Shown: piece by piece, positions 30,710 through 40,798 of the stretch
Layout of the letters: each line of letters opens with the position of its first letter
Numbering within the stretch: the stretch's first letter is position 1
Origin: an uncultured Thermoleophilia bacterium
Lineage (GTDB): Bacteria > Actinomycetota > Thermoleophilia > UBA2241
Direction of reading: 5' to 3'
DNA: 64,000 nt
Assembly (NCBI GenBank): GCA_963715985.1
Contig: CAVQSP010000010.1
Coordinates: 64,001 to 128,000 of the forward strand
The notes under the pieces: model-generated
What the model was told of the DNA's origin: nothing
The model's input: the letters and a program-made list of their open reading frames with translations, nothing else
Database searches by the model: none
Made by a program: the position numbers and the translations under genes

Positions 30710-31508
30710 TCGGGGCGGTGTCCACCACGGCGCCGTCGGGCAGTACGTCGGTGTGCGCGAACACGGCGCGCCCGGCCGACTCGAGCGCCTGGAAGTAGTC
30801 CTCGTCGTGGAGCGGGTTGAGGTGCATCGGCACCAGGCGGCTCACCCCTGCCGCCTTCGCGATCCCGGCCACGGCGCTGATCTCGCTGTGGGTGGCGTAC
30901 CCCGGCAGCAGCGCGGCCGGCGCCTGCGCGGTGCGCGGGTCGGCATCGTTGTACCAGGCCTCGTGGAGCAGCACGCCGGCTCCCTCCGCGAAGCGCGCCG
31001 TCTCGGGGTCCGGGCGCGTGTCGGTGGCGAGCACGAAGTCGTCATCGACGCGGTACGCGACGCTCACGTCCGAGTGTTGCTGCGCGCGCAGGGTGATGCG
31101 GTGGCCGGCGACCTCGTTGGCACCCGCGCTGAGCGGCTCGAGGCTGACGCCCTCGAGGTCCGCCCAGTCCTTGGGGTTGTACGGCTTGCGCAGGAGCCCA
31201 GTCACCGCCGCGAACGGGTCCACGCCGTTGACGGCCGCCTCGGGGGCGTGGATCACGAGCCGGCGGCCTGGCAGCACCCCCGGCAGGTAGGCGAGCCCGC
31301 ACACGTGATCGAGGTGGTAGTGCGTGAGGAAGAGGTGCACGGCGCCACCCCCGGCCAGCAGGTCCGCCTGCGCGGGCTCGCGCAGGCGGCGCAGGCCGGT
31401 GCCGGCATCGAAGATGAAGGTGTCGTCGCCCAGCCGGCACGCGAAACACGTGGTCTCCCGCCGGTCGCTCGGCATCCATCCCATCGTCCCGAGCAGGGTC
31501 ACGCGCAT
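30702..31508 (-). CDS. MBL-fold metallo-hydrolase (RNase Z-like)
   Basis: LLGT.G, FDAGTG, THYHLDH, HEA, HS, HL. Confidence 0.9.
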   Translation of the reverse strand: MRVTLLGTMGWMPSDRRETTCFACRLGDDTFIFDAGTGLRRLREPAQADLLAGGGAVHLFLTHYHLDHVCGLAYLPGVLPGRRLVIHAPEAAVNGVDPFAAVTGLLRKPYNPKDWADLEGVSLEPLSAGANEVAGHRITLRAQQHSDVSVAYRVDDDFVLATDTRPDPETARFAEGAGVLLHEAWYNDADPRTAQAPAALLPGYATHSEISAVAGIAKAAGVSRLVPMHLNPLHDEDYFQALESAGRAVFAHTDVLPDGAVVDTAPNG

Positions 31509-31577
31509 GGGGTCCTCGCCTTCTTCTACGCTGTCCGCTCAACGAGTGTGTACCGTCAAGCATAACGGTACAATCGA

Positions 31578-32471
31578 TTGAGGAGACAGATTGTCCCCGG
31601 CGCCCGGCCAGGGAGGCCCGTGGTGGACGAGGTACTGCGCAGCGTGTCCGGCGGTCTCGACCTCGACGACGTGGCCCGGGGGTTGTGGGAGGCTGCCCTC
31701 CCGCATCTCGCGGCGGCGGTCGAGGGCGACGACACGGAGTTCCTCGGGGCGGTGGAAGACGTCGCGCGCGCCGCCGGGCTCGTCCACGTCGTGCCCGTCG
31801 CCGCGCTTCTCGACGGCTACAACGACGGCTGTCGACAGCTGTGCGCCAGGCTCCAGCGCTCCGGCACCCCGGAGACCCAGGCAGCCGCGCGCCGCCTCGC
31901 CGGCCTCGAGAACGTGGCCCTCACGCGCATCGCCAGCGGGTACTGCTCCGGCCTCGAGGAGACCATGGTGATGATGCGTCAGAGCGCGGACGAAGCGTCA
32001 CGGACCGATCTGGTCACGGGCGCCATGAAACCCTCGGAGATCACAGATCTTCTCTCTCTTGAAGTGGAGCGCTGCCAGCGGATGGACCTCTCGCTTGGAC
32101 TCATCGAGATGGCCGTGCAGCCCGCCGCCGCAGAGGCGGGCGAGGCGCAGCGGGCGGCAGGCCGGGAGGCCCTTCATACTGTCGGTGCGTGTCTGCAAGG
32201 CTGCCTGCGCCGCTACGACGGTATCGGGATGACGGCCGCGGGAGACTTTCTGCTCGTGCTCCCGGACGTCAGCCGGCGCGGCCTCGCCGGCGCGGCGGAG
32301 CGCCTGCGCCGCGAGGTGGGCGCGTGTGCACAAGGCCTGGATTGGGTGCAGCCGGTACTCGTCCTCTCGCACTACGACTACGTGGACGCGAGCGCGGCGG
32401 AGATGCTGCAGGCTCTCACGCAAAGCCTCGACGAAGCGAGGTCAGTGGGCCAGTCGCTCGCCTGGTCCTGA
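31578..32471 (+). CDS. Degenerate GGDEF-like domain protein
   Basis: TDLVTG, EVERCQR, LRRYD, DFLLVLP, AERLR; the signature reads AAGDF; start uncertain. Confidence 0.6.
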   Translation: MRRQIVPGARPGRPVVDEVLRSVSGGLDLDDVARGLWEAALPHLAAAVEGDDTEFLGAVEDVARAAGLVHVVPVAALLDGYNDGCRQLCARLQRSGTPETQAAARRLAGLENVALTRIASGYCSGLEETMVMMRQSADEASRTDLVTGAMKPSEITDLLSLEVERCQRMDLSLGLIEMAVQPAAAEAGEAQRAAGREALHTVGACLQGCLRRYDGIGMTAAGDFLLVLPDVSRRGLAGAAERLRREVGACAQGLDWVQPVLVLSHYDYVDASAAEMLQALTQSLDEARSVGQSLAWS

Positions 32472-32475
32472 CGAC

Positions 32476-32913
32476 TCAGGCCTCGCCCTGCTCGCCGAGG
32501 GCGTCGGCGGCGCGCCGCACCATCTCGCGCTCGTTGGGGTAGGTCATCAGGCGAAGGGCTTCCCTGAGCCGCACCCAGCGCGCCTCGCTCACTTCGTGGT
32601 CGTGGTTGGCGGTGTCGCCGCCGGTGGCGTGCATCAGGAAGTAGTGCACCGTCTTGTGGATCCGGCCACCCTCTTCCCGCGAGTAGAAGGAGTAGTCGAT
32701 GGAGCCCAGCTCGGTGTCCACGACGCCGGCGATGCCGGTCTCCTCGGCGACCTCGCGCACGGCGGCCTGCGGCGGCGTCTCGCCGGCCTCGATGCCGCCC
32801 TTGGGCAAGCCCCACACGGAGCGTCCCGTCGGGCGGATGAGGCAGATCTGCGTGCCGTCGTCATTGCGCACGACGACGCCGCCGGCAGAGGTCTTCTCGC
32901 GTGGTCCGGGCAC
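32476..32913 (-). CDS. NUDIX hydrolase
   Basis: SAGGVV and LPKGGIEAGETPPQAAVREVAEETG (Nudix box). Confidence 0.92.
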   Translation of the reverse strand: MPGPREKTSAGGVVVRNDDGTQICLIRPTGRSVWGLPKGGIEAGETPPQAAVREVAEETGIAGVVDTELGSIDYSFYSREEGGRIHKTVHYFLMHATGGDTANHDHEVSEARWVRLREALRLMTYPNEREMVRRAADALGEQGEA

Positions 32914-32995
32914 GGTCCCTCGTGCTTTCTGGGGAGGGTCAAGGCTGCCTCGTAGTATATCGTTCGGCGGCCGGTGCGGCCTGTAGAATCGTCGG

Positions 32996-34339
32996 ATGGG
33001 GCGCACCATGGACAGTCTCGCCGCCCTCGGCGAGCCTGAGTTTCGCAAGCTCTTCATCGGGCAGGCGACCTCAGTGGTCGGCTCGATGTTCCGTGTGGTG
33101 GCGCTGCCGTTCGCCGTGCTCGCGATCGGTGGCACGGCCACCGACATCGGCGTCGTGGAGGCCGCCGGCCTGATCCCCCTGGCCGTGCTCGTCCTCGTCG
33201 GCGGCGTGTGGGCTGACCGCCTGCCGCGCCGTACCGTCATGCTCGTCGCCGACGTCGCGCGCACAGTCCTGCAACTCGTCGCCGCGGGGCTGCTCGTGGC
33301 CGGCGTCGCGGAGGTGTGGCAGCTCGCTCTCCTGCAGGTCGGCATGGGCGTGAGCGAAGCCTTCTTCGGCCCCGCTTACACAGGTCTTGTGCCCGAGGTC
33401 GTGAGCTCTCCCCGCCTGCAGCAGGCCAACGCCCTGCAGGGCCTGGTCTCGAGCGGCGCCATCACCCTCGGCGCCACCCTGGCCGGATTGCTGGTGGCGG
33501 CCTTCGGCCCCGGGTGGGCGATCGGCATCGACGCGCTGAGCTACCTGGTCAGCGCGGCCTTTCTGTGGCGGCTGCGGCCGGCCCGGTTCCTGGGGCAGGC
33601 CCGCGGCGGCGCGCCGGCTGCGGCCGGCCCCGGCCACGCCCTGGCCGGCGAGGCTGGTGCCGGCGGCGACGCCGTGTCGGCCGGCCGCCAGGGCTTCTTC
33701 CACGACCTGGCGGCCGGATGGCGCGAGTTCACGAGCCACACATGGATCTGGGTCACCGTCGCCGGCGCCGCCCTGTTCCTGTTCGCCATCGACGGCCCCA
33801 TTCAGGTCCTCGGCCCCATCGTGGCGCGCGATGTGTACGACGGCGCCCGCACCTGGGGCTTCACCTCGGCCGCCATGGGCATCGGCCAGATCGCCGGCGG
33901 TGTGCTCAGCCTGCGCTGGCGGCCGCGGCGGCCGCTGCTCATCATCGCTGCGGGGATGAGCGTGACCGCCCTCCCGGTCGCCTTTCTCGCGCTCGAGGCG
34001 CCGGTGTGGACGCTCTACGTCTCGCTGGCGATCGTCGGCGTGGAGTGGGGCCTCTACGACCCCTTCTGGCTCACCTGCATGCAGCGCGTCGTGGCCCCCG
34101 ACATGATCTCGCGCGTCTCGGCCTACGACTACCTCGGCGTTCTCGCGTTCTACCCGGCAGGGCTGGCGCTCGCCGGTCCGCTGGCCGACGCGTTCGGGCG
34201 CTCCACGGTGCTCTGGGCGGCGGCCGGCACGGCCATCGTGGTGAGCGCCTTCCAGCTGGCCTGGAAGGATATCCGCGCTCCCCACGACATGGGGCCGCCG
34301 CCGGCTGAGAGGGCCGCAGAGACGGCCACGTCCGCCTGA
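32996..34339 (+). CDS. MFS transporter
   Basis: About 12 TMs; GVWADRLPRR motif A. Confidence 0.92.
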   Translation: MGRTMDSLAALGEPEFRKLFIGQATSVVGSMFRVVALPFAVLAIGGTATDIGVVEAAGLIPLAVLVLVGGVWADRLPRRTVMLVADVARTVLQLVAAGLLVAGVAEVWQLALLQVGMGVSEAFFGPAYTGLVPEVVSSPRLQQANALQGLVSSGAITLGATLAGLLVAAFGPGWAIGIDALSYLVSAAFLWRLRPARFLGQARGGAPAAAGPGHALAGEAGAGGDAVSAGRQGFFHDLAAGWREFTSHTWIWVTVAGAALFLFAIDGPIQVLGPIVARDVYDGARTWGFTSAAMGIGQIAGGVLSLRWRPRRPLLIIAAGMSVTALPVAFLALEAPVWTLYVSLAIVGVEWGLYDPFWLTCMQRVVAPDMISRVSAYDYLGVLAFYPAGLALAGPLADAFGRSTVLWAAAGTAIVVSAFQLAWKDIRAPHDMGPPPAERAAETATSA

Positions 34340-34342
34340 CCG

Positions 34343-34399
34343 CGCCTCGCATGCCTTAGCCCGCCTCGCACGCCTGAGCCCGCCTCGCACGCCCCGGCC
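34343..34399. repeat. Tandem repeat, 3 x 19 bp
   Basis: CGCCTCGCATGCCTTAGCC / CGCCTCGCACGCCTGAGCC / CGCCTCGCACGCCCCGGCC. Confidence 0.85.
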
Positions 34400-34488
34400 G
34401 CAGGCATGCGCGCGGAGGCGATTTCAAGCAAGAACACCGTTGCACGTACTTCCGCTTGAAACAGGCGATTCGAACGTGTCTCGCCGCG

Positions 34489-34566
34489 GGGGCTGGGGTC
34501 GCCGGGCCGGAACCGGGGCTGGGCCCGCCGGGCCGCGACCGGGGCTGGGCCCGCCGGGCCGCGACA
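34489..34566. repeat. Tandem repeat, 3 x 26 bp
   Basis: Unit GGGGCTGGGCCCGCCGGGCCGCGACC; first copy diverged. Confidence 0.85.
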
Positions 34567-34602
34567 GGGGCCGCCTGGCCGCGGTTAGCGCCGCCGGCCG
34601 CA

Positions 34603-36429
34603 TTACAGCGCCTGGCCGGTAGCCTCCCACTCGGCGTAGAGGCCGGCGTAGCGCCCGCCCTCCACGACAAGCTGGTCGTGGGTGCCGCGCTCGACCACGC
34701 GGCCGCCGTCGATGACGAGGATCTCGTCGGCGTACCGCACGGTGCTCAGGCGGTGCGCGACGATGACGCTCGTGCGGCCGCTGAAGAGCACCTCCATGGC
34801 GCGCTCGATGCGGCGCTCGCTCTCGGCGTCCACGCTGGACGTGGCCTCGTCGAGGATCAGGATCCTGGGGTCGGCCAGCAGCGCTCGCGCGAAGCTGATG
34901 AGCTGCCGTTGCCCGGTGCTGAGCGCCGACCCGCCCTCCTGCACCTCGGTGTCGTACCCCTCGGGCAGCGATTCGACGAAGTCGTGCACGCCGACGATGC
35001 GGGCGACCCGCTTGACCTCGTCCTCGTCGGCGGAAGGCCGCGCGAAGCGGATGTTGTCCATGACGGAGCCGCTGAACAGGAAGGCCTCCTGCGGCACCAC
35101 GGCGAGCTGCTCGCGCAGCGAGCTCGCAGTGACCTGCCGCAGGTCGTGCCCGTCGATGAGGACCGCCCCTGCCGTAGGGTCGTAGAACCGTGCCAGGAGC
35201 TTGATGACCGTCGACTTGCCGGCGCCCGTGGCGCCGACGAGCGCAACGGTCCTGCCCGCCGGGATCTTCAGGTCGACGTCGTGGAGCACCGGCTTCTGAG
35301 GGTCGTACCCGAAGGTCACGCCACGCAGCTCGACCTCGCCGTGCACGTCCGGCAGGTCGACGGCGTCGGGCGCGTCGAGCATGTCGGGCTCGGTGTCGAG
35401 CACGGTGTAGATCTTCTGCACCGCGGCCATCGACGCCTGGAAGGTGTTGTAGAGCTGGCTGAGCTGCTGCAGCGGGTCGAAGAAGCTGTTCAGATAGCCG
35501 ATGAACGCCACCAGCACGCCGATCTCCAGGGTGTTGCCGCCGATGAGCGTGCCGCCGTACCAGAGGACGATGACTACAGCGGCGGCCGAGAGGAACTCCA
35601 CGAAGGGGAAGTAGAGGCCACTCTGAACGACGGTGCGCATGTTGGCGTCGCGATAGGCGGCGTTGGCGACGTCGAGCTTGTCGTAGTCGCTCTGCTCGCG
35701 ACGGAAGGCCTTGAGCACGCGGATGCCCGAGATGGACTCCTGGAGGTGCGCGCTCACGTCGCCGATCTTGTTGCGCACCTGGGCGTAGGCGCGCGCCGAG
35801 CGGGAGCGGAAGACGAGCGTCCCGCCGATGAGCAGCGGCATGATGGTGAGGGTGGCCAGGGCCAGACGCCAGTCGAGGATGAAGAGGAAGGCGATCGCGC
35901 CGACGAACGTCAGCGAGTTGGTGACGAGCGTCGTGACCCCGTCGGTGACGAGCTGGTCGAGGGCATCGATGTCGTTGGTGAGGCGGCTGACGATCCAGCC
36001 GGTCTTCTGGCGGCTGAAGAAGTCGAGCGAGAGCTTCTGCAAGTGGGCGAAGAGCTGGCGGCGCAAGTCGTAGATGACGTGCTCGCCGACCCAGCTCGTC
36101 AGGTAGGTCTGCAGGTAGCTGGCGCCGAGGTTGACGAGGCTGACGCCGACGAAGGCGACGATGACCCAGGTGAGGACGGTCATGTCCTTGGCGCCGATGC
36201 CCCCGTCGATGGCGACCTTGAGCAGGTAGGGGACGGCGAGGCCGCTCAGCGTGACGGCGATCATCGCGACAACGCTGAAGACGGCGCGGCGCCGGTAGGG
36301 GTAGGCGAGGCGCGCGAGCCGGGCGAGCTTGAGCTCGCGGGCCAGGTGCACGAACGCCCGCCAGCCACGCAGGTCCTCGAGGGCGGCGCCGCTGCCGTGC
36401 GGGCCGGAATGTCGGGACGCGGCAGCCAT
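34603..36429 (-). CDS. ABC exporter half-transporter (TMD + NBD)
   Basis: GATGAGKST, LSTGQRQ, ILDEATSSVD, AHRLST. Confidence 0.95.
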   Translation of the reverse strand: MAAASRHSGPHGSGAALEDLRGWRAFVHLARELKLARLARLAYPYRRRAVFSVVAMIAVTLSGLAVPYLLKVAIDGGIGAKDMTVLTWVIVAFVGVSLVNLGASYLQTYLTSWVGEHVIYDLRRQLFAHLQKLSLDFFSRQKTGWIVSRLTNDIDALDQLVTDGVTTLVTNSLTFVGAIAFLFILDWRLALATLTIMPLLIGGTLVFRSRSARAYAQVRNKIGDVSAHLQESISGIRVLKAFRREQSDYDKLDVANAAYRDANMRTVVQSGLYFPFVEFLSAAAVVIVLWYGGTLIGGNTLEIGVLVAFIGYLNSFFDPLQQLSQLYNTFQASMAAVQKIYTVLDTEPDMLDAPDAVDLPDVHGEVELRGVTFGYDPQKPVLHDVDLKIPAGRTVALVGATGAGKSTVIKLLARFYDPTAGAVLIDGHDLRQVTASSLREQLAVVPQEAFLFSGSVMDNIRFARPSADEDEVKRVARIVGVHDFVESLPEGYDTEVQEGGSALSTGQRQLISFARALLADPRILILDEATSSVDAESERRIERAMEVLFSGRTSVIVAHRLSTVRYADEILVIDGGRVVERGTHDQLVVEGGRYAGLYAEWEATGQAL

Positions 36430-38246
36430 CAGGCGGCGCCTCCCCAGGCGGCCGGGCCGGCTGCGCCGCCGGCCGCCGCCGGCTCCTCGATCTCGACCGC
36501 GTCCAGGTCGCAGTGCCTGGCCTCGGCGTCACCGAACATGTGCGCGTACAGACCGCCGGCGGCAATCAGCTCCTCGTGCGTGCCGCGCTCCTCGATGCGG
36601 CCGTGGTCGAGCACCACCACCTCGTCGGCGAGGGAGATCGTCGAGGGCCGGTGAGCGATGATGAAGGTCGTGCGGCCGCGCATCACTTCCTGGAGCGCGG
36701 CCCTGATCTTGAACTCCGTCTCCACGTCGACGCTGCTGGTGGCGTCGTCGAGGATGAGGATGCGCGGGTCCATGACGAGCGCCCGCGCGATGGCGATGCG
36801 CTGGCGCTGGCCGCCGCTGAGCGTGAAGCCGCGTTCGCCGACGACGGTGTCGTAGCCCTCGGGGAGGGCGGCGATGAAGTCGTCGGCCTGCGCGGCTCGC
36901 GCCGCCGCGCGGACCTCGTCGTCCGTCGCCTGCGGCCGCCCGAAGCGGATGTTCTCGGCGATCGAGGCGCTGAACAGGAAGGGGTCCTGCGTGACGATGC
37001 CGATGTGGCTGCGCAGATCGGCGGTCTGCAGGTCGCGCACGTCCTGACCGTCGATCAGCACGCGACCGGCGCTGGTGTCGTAGAAGCGCGGCACGAGGTT
37101 GGTGAGCGTGGTCTTGCCGCAGCCGGTGTGCCCGACGAGCGCCAGCGTGCGACCGGCCGGGACCTCGAGGCTCACGGCCTCGAGCACCGGCCGGTCCACG
37201 TAGCTGAACCAGACGTCCTCGAAGGTCACGGCGCCGACGGGCGGCCCGCCGTCCGGGCCGCGCAGCGGCCGCGCGCCGGGCCGCTCCGGCATCTCCAGCG
37301 GCGCGTCGAGCACCTCGTACACGCGCTCGCCGCTGGCGATGGCGCGCTGCGCGAGTCCGGTGAGCCAGCCGATGACCTGCGCCGGATAGACGAGCATCAT
37401 CAGGTAGCTGTAGAAGGCCACCAGCGAGCCGAGACTGAGAGAGCCGTCGATCACCTGCCGTCCGCCGTAGTAGAGGAGGAAGGCCACGGCCATGTTGGGG
37501 ATGAAGGCGATCAGGGGGATGTACACGGCCCGCGTGCGCGCCGCCGCCACGCTGGCCTCGAACACCTTGTAGCTGCGGTCGCTGAACTTCTCCAGCTCGT
37601 CGTCCTCGCGGGCGAAGATGCGCACGATGCGCGAGCCCACCACGTTCTCCTCCGCCGCCGCCGTGACGTCGGCGATCTTCTGCTGCACGTCCTTGAGGAT
37701 CGGCTGCAGGCGCCGGCTGAAGCGCACCGTGACGAGCAGCAAGAAGGGCAGGAAGGCCAGCGAGAGCAGCCCCAGGCGCCAGTCCAGCGCCAGCAGGATG
37801 ATCGCCACCGCGACCATCATCACGATGTTGGTGGCGAAGAACACGAGGCCGTACCCGAGGAACATGCGCACGTTCTGCACGTCGCTCATGGCGCGGCTCA
37901 TGAGCTGCCCAGTGGGCCAGCGGTCGAAGTAGCTGAAGGACTGCTTCAGGAGGTGGGACCACATGCGGTTACGCAGGTCGTACTCGATGCCGAGACTCGA
38001 CTTGCCGTTGGCGAGCCGGCGGCCGATGGCGACGACGAAGCGCAGCACGGCGATGCCCAGCAGGGCCAGTCCGTAGGTGACCAGCAGGCCGGTCTCGCCG
38101 CCGACGAGTGCGTTGTTGATGGTGAGCTGGATGATGCGCGGCACCAGCAGGCCGAGGCCCATCTGCGCGAAGGCGAGCGCGAAGCCCACGAAGGTGAGCC
38201 ACTTGTAGTCGCCGAGCAGCCTGAGGATGCGCCAGAAGGTCTTCAT
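36429..38246 (-). CDS. ABC exporter half-transporter (degenerate-site partner)
   Basis: GHTGCGKTT, LSGGQRQR, ILDDATS (Asp in place of the catalytic Glu), typical of a heterodimer. Confidence 0.95.
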   Translation of the reverse strand: MKTFWRILRLLGDYKWLTFVGFALAFAQMGLGLLVPRIIQLTINNALVGGETGLLVTYGLALLGIAVLRFVVAIGRRLANGKSSLGIEYDLRNRMWSHLLKQSFSYFDRWPTGQLMSRAMSDVQNVRMFLGYGLVFFATNIVMMVAVAIILLALDWRLGLLSLAFLPFLLLVTVRFSRRLQPILKDVQQKIADVTAAAEENVVGSRIVRIFAREDDELEKFSDRSYKVFEASVAAARTRAVYIPLIAFIPNMAVAFLLYYGGRQVIDGSLSLGSLVAFYSYLMMLVYPAQVIGWLTGLAQRAIASGERVYEVLDAPLEMPERPGARPLRGPDGGPPVGAVTFEDVWFSYVDRPVLEAVSLEVPAGRTLALVGHTGCGKTTLTNLVPRFYDTSAGRVLIDGQDVRDLQTADLRSHIGIVTQDPFLFSASIAENIRFGRPQATDDEVRAAARAAQADDFIAALPEGYDTVVGERGFTLSGGQRQRIAIARALVMDPRILILDDATSSVDVETEFKIRAALQEVMRGRTTFIIAHRPSTISLADEVVVLDHGRIEERGTHEELIAAGGLYAHMFGDAEARHCDLDAVEIEEPAAAGGAAGPAAWGGAA

Positions 38247-38367
38247 CTGCGCACAAGCTTACCCGGAGGCTAACAGGGAGTCCTGACGGCGAGAGTCCTC
38301 CGGCCGCCGGCCGCGCGGCAGCTTCCCGGCCACCGGGTACACTCGGCGGCACAGTGGGGAGGCTTGG

Positions 38368-38511
38368 ATGACGGACCCGGGCTTCCACGCCGTCCACTAC
38401 CGCTGGGCGTCCGACGGAACGAAGACGGTGAAGAAGGGGGTACAGGGCAAGGTGTGGCGGTCCGGCGGGGCCGAGGTGCGGGCACACGAGAGCGAGCGGA
38501 ACCAGGCGTGA
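38368..38511 (+). CDS. Candidate 47-aa small ORF
   Basis: GGGAGG RBS, ATG, upstream TACACT -10-like box; MTDPGFHAVHYRWASDGTKTVKKGVQGKVWRSGGAEVRAHESERNQA. Confidence 0.4.
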   Translation: MTDPGFHAVHYRWASDGTKTVKKGVQGKVWRSGGAEVRAHESERNQA

Positions 38512-38530
38512 CCAACGAACGGGAGCCGAC

Positions 38531-39664
38531 ATGACGGGAGGCAGGGAGAGCGTCGTCGTCATCGGCGCTGGTCTGATGGGCGCTTCGGCGACGCTCGCAC
38601 TCGTGCGTCGCGGCCGCGACGTGGTGACGCTCGAGGCACGGGCCCCCGGGCATCGCGAGGGCAGCTCGCACGGGAGCACGCGTATCGTGCGGCGTTCGTA
38701 CCTGCAGCCGCACTACATCGAGATGACCGCGCGCGCTTCCGAGCTGTGGCGCGAGCTCCAGCAGCTTGCCGGCACGCAGCTGTTGACGATGACCGGCGCG
38801 CTCGAGTACGGACCCGGTCGCGAGCCGCGGCGGTACTGCGAGGCGCTCAGGATGGCCGGCGGGCACTGCGAGCTCGTCGCGGCCGAGGCCGCCCGCGAGC
38901 GCTGGCCGCAGGTGCGTCTCACGGGAGACGTCGCCTACTACCCGGAGGCGGGCGTCATCGATCCGGAGCTCGTCATCTCCGAGATGCTGCGCCTCGCGCG
39001 GGCGCTCGGCGCGCGCGTGGAGCATGAGACGCCGGTGCTCGCTCTCGAAGAGAAGGCCAGTGGCGTCCGTCTCCAAACGGCCGTCGGCCCCATCGACGCC
39101 GACACGGTGGTGGTCGCCGCCGGTCCGTGGCTTGGCCCACTGCTGCGCGGCGTCGTCGACCTGCCGCCGTTGACCGTCACGCAGCAGCAGGTCTTCCACT
39201 TCGCGCCCACGGCGGCGGCGCTCGCCGAGCGGTGGCCGGCGCCGTGGCCCGTCGTCGTGTATGGCGGCGGCGGGACCAACATGTACGCTCTTCCGGGCGG
39301 CCGCGACGGCCTCGTCGAGGGCAACGTGAAGGTCGCCGAACACGCCCCCGGGCCGGTGACGACGGCGAACGGGCGTGACGGGTGCATCGACCCTGCGGGT
39401 CGACAGCGCGTGGTCGACCACGTGCGCGACGCCTGGCCCGGACTCGACCCGGAGCCGGTCGCCGAATACACGTGCCTCTACACATGGACCAAGGACGAGG
39501 ACTTCATCCTCGACCGCTCCGGCTCCATCATCGTCTGCTCGCCCTGCTCCGGTCAGGGCGCGAAGTTCACGCCGCTGATCGGGGAATGGGTCGCGGACCT
39601 CGTCGAAGGCCGGCAGCTGCCCTACAGCGCCTTCCGGCTCGGACGAGCCTCCAGCCTGTCGTGA
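38531..39664 (+). CDS. Monomeric sarcosine oxidase / N-methyltryptophan oxidase-like FAD oxidoreductase
   Basis: IGAGLMG, GSSHGSTRIVR, TCLYTWT.DEDFILD, CSGQGAKF. Confidence 0.88.
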   Translation: MTGGRESVVVIGAGLMGASATLALVRRGRDVVTLEARAPGHREGSSHGSTRIVRRSYLQPHYIEMTARASELWRELQQLAGTQLLTMTGALEYGPGREPRRYCEALRMAGGHCELVAAEAARERWPQVRLTGDVAYYPEAGVIDPELVISEMLRLARALGARVEHETPVLALEEKASGVRLQTAVGPIDADTVVVAAGPWLGPLLRGVVDLPPLTVTQQQVFHFAPTAAALAERWPAPWPVVVYGGGGTNMYALPGGRDGLVEGNVKVAEHAPGPVTTANGRDGCIDPAGRQRVVDHVRDAWPGLDPEPVAEYTCLYTWTKDEDFILDRSGSIIVCSPCSGQGAKFTPLIGEWVADLVEGRQLPYSAFRLGRASSLS

Positions 39665-39771
39665 CTCCCGCGTCCGACGCCCCGAAACGAGGATGGTGAC
39701 TGCACGCACGTGAAGGACGGCAGGAAGGCGCGTCGCCGGTGGAGGCCGGGGCTGCGATATAGGATGTCCTC

Positions 39772-40734
39772 ATGAATGAGCGACCGTCCGGCGCCACCTT
39801 CCTCGGCGCCCCGCTGGAGCTTGACCCGCGGGTGGTCCCACGCGGCTTCGGCTATCTCGGCGCGCCGTACGTGACCCCCTACGACCCCGGCGTCGCCGAC
39901 CCGCCGTTCTCGGCCGGCGTTGCGCCCGGGGCCGCAGGCTCTTCGGCCTCGGCCCCCGCCGCCGTGCGCGCCGCCTCGTCCGTGTACGTGACGGAGCTCG
40001 ACCACTACGACTTCGACGTCGGGGCGGCCCTCGTCGAGCCCGGTTCGGCGCTTCCGCTCGTGGACTGCGGCGACGTACCCTTCGACGCTGGGGACGCCGA
40101 GGGCAGCGCCCGGGCCATCACGGAGGCCGCGCGCGCCGTGGCCGGCGCGGGAGCCGTACCGCTGGTGGTGGGCGGCGACCACGCGCTGCCGCCGTTCGTG
40201 GTGCGCGGCCTCGACGATCACGAGCCCGTCCACGTGCTGCAGATCGACGCCCACCTCGACTTCCGCGAGGAGGTGGGCGGCGTGCGCGAGGGCTACTCGA
40301 GCTGCATGCGCCGGCTGCGCGACATGCCGAGCGTGGAGACGATCGTGCAGGTCGGCCTGCGCGACGTGGGCAGCGCCCGCCCCGGAGAGGTGGCCGACGC
40401 CCTCGCCGCCGGCAACGTGCTGGTGCGCGCCGAGGAGGTGCACGAGGTCGGCGTGGACCGCGTGGCGGCGCTCTTCCCGGAGCGCGGCCGTGTGTACATC
40501 ACGATCGACGTCGACGGCCTTGATCCGAGCTGCGCGCCGGGCGTGCTGTGGCCGGCGCCGGGCGGCCTCCTGTTCTGGCAGGCCGCTCGGCTCGTGCGTA
40601 CGCTCGCGCGCCGCTGCCGGCTCGCCGGCATGGACGTGTGCGAGCTGGTCCCGGCGCGCGACCCGCAGGGCCTCACGGCCCTGGCCGTCGCGCGCCTGCT
40701 GATGATCGCCGTCGGAGCGGCCCCGCGGCCGTAA
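39772..40734 (+). CDS. Agmatinase/arginase-family ureohydrolase
   Basis: GGDH, IDAHLD, IDVDGLD, ELVP. Confidence 0.9.
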   Translation: MNERPSGATFLGAPLELDPRVVPRGFGYLGAPYVTPYDPGVADPPFSAGVAPGAAGSSASAPAAVRAASSVYVTELDHYDFDVGAALVEPGSALPLVDCGDVPFDAGDAEGSARAITEAARAVAGAGAVPLVVGGDHALPPFVVRGLDDHEPVHVLQIDAHLDFREEVGGVREGYSSCMRRLRDMPSVETIVQVGLRDVGSARPGEVADALAAGNVLVRAEEVHEVGVDRVAALFPERGRVYITIDVDGLDPSCAPGVLWPAPGGLLFWQAARLVRTLARRCRLAGMDVCELVPARDPQGLTALAVARLLMIAVGAAPRP

Positions 40735-40798
40735 GCCGGCCCGGAGCCGTGCCGCGGCGTCGGAGCCAGAGGCTCTGCCTGCTGCCGGAGGAGGCGCA

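Noticed and set aside
34421-34462. CRISPR-repeat-like ends (ATTTCAA...TTGAAAC)
   Set aside because: Single copy, no spacers and no cas genes; the flanking tandem repeats are contiguous.
38263-38303. Hairpin CCGGAGG...CCTCCGG as a tRNA or riboswitch
   Set aside because: No cloverleaf or known aptamer motif; it may be an operator next to the ABC exporter promoter.
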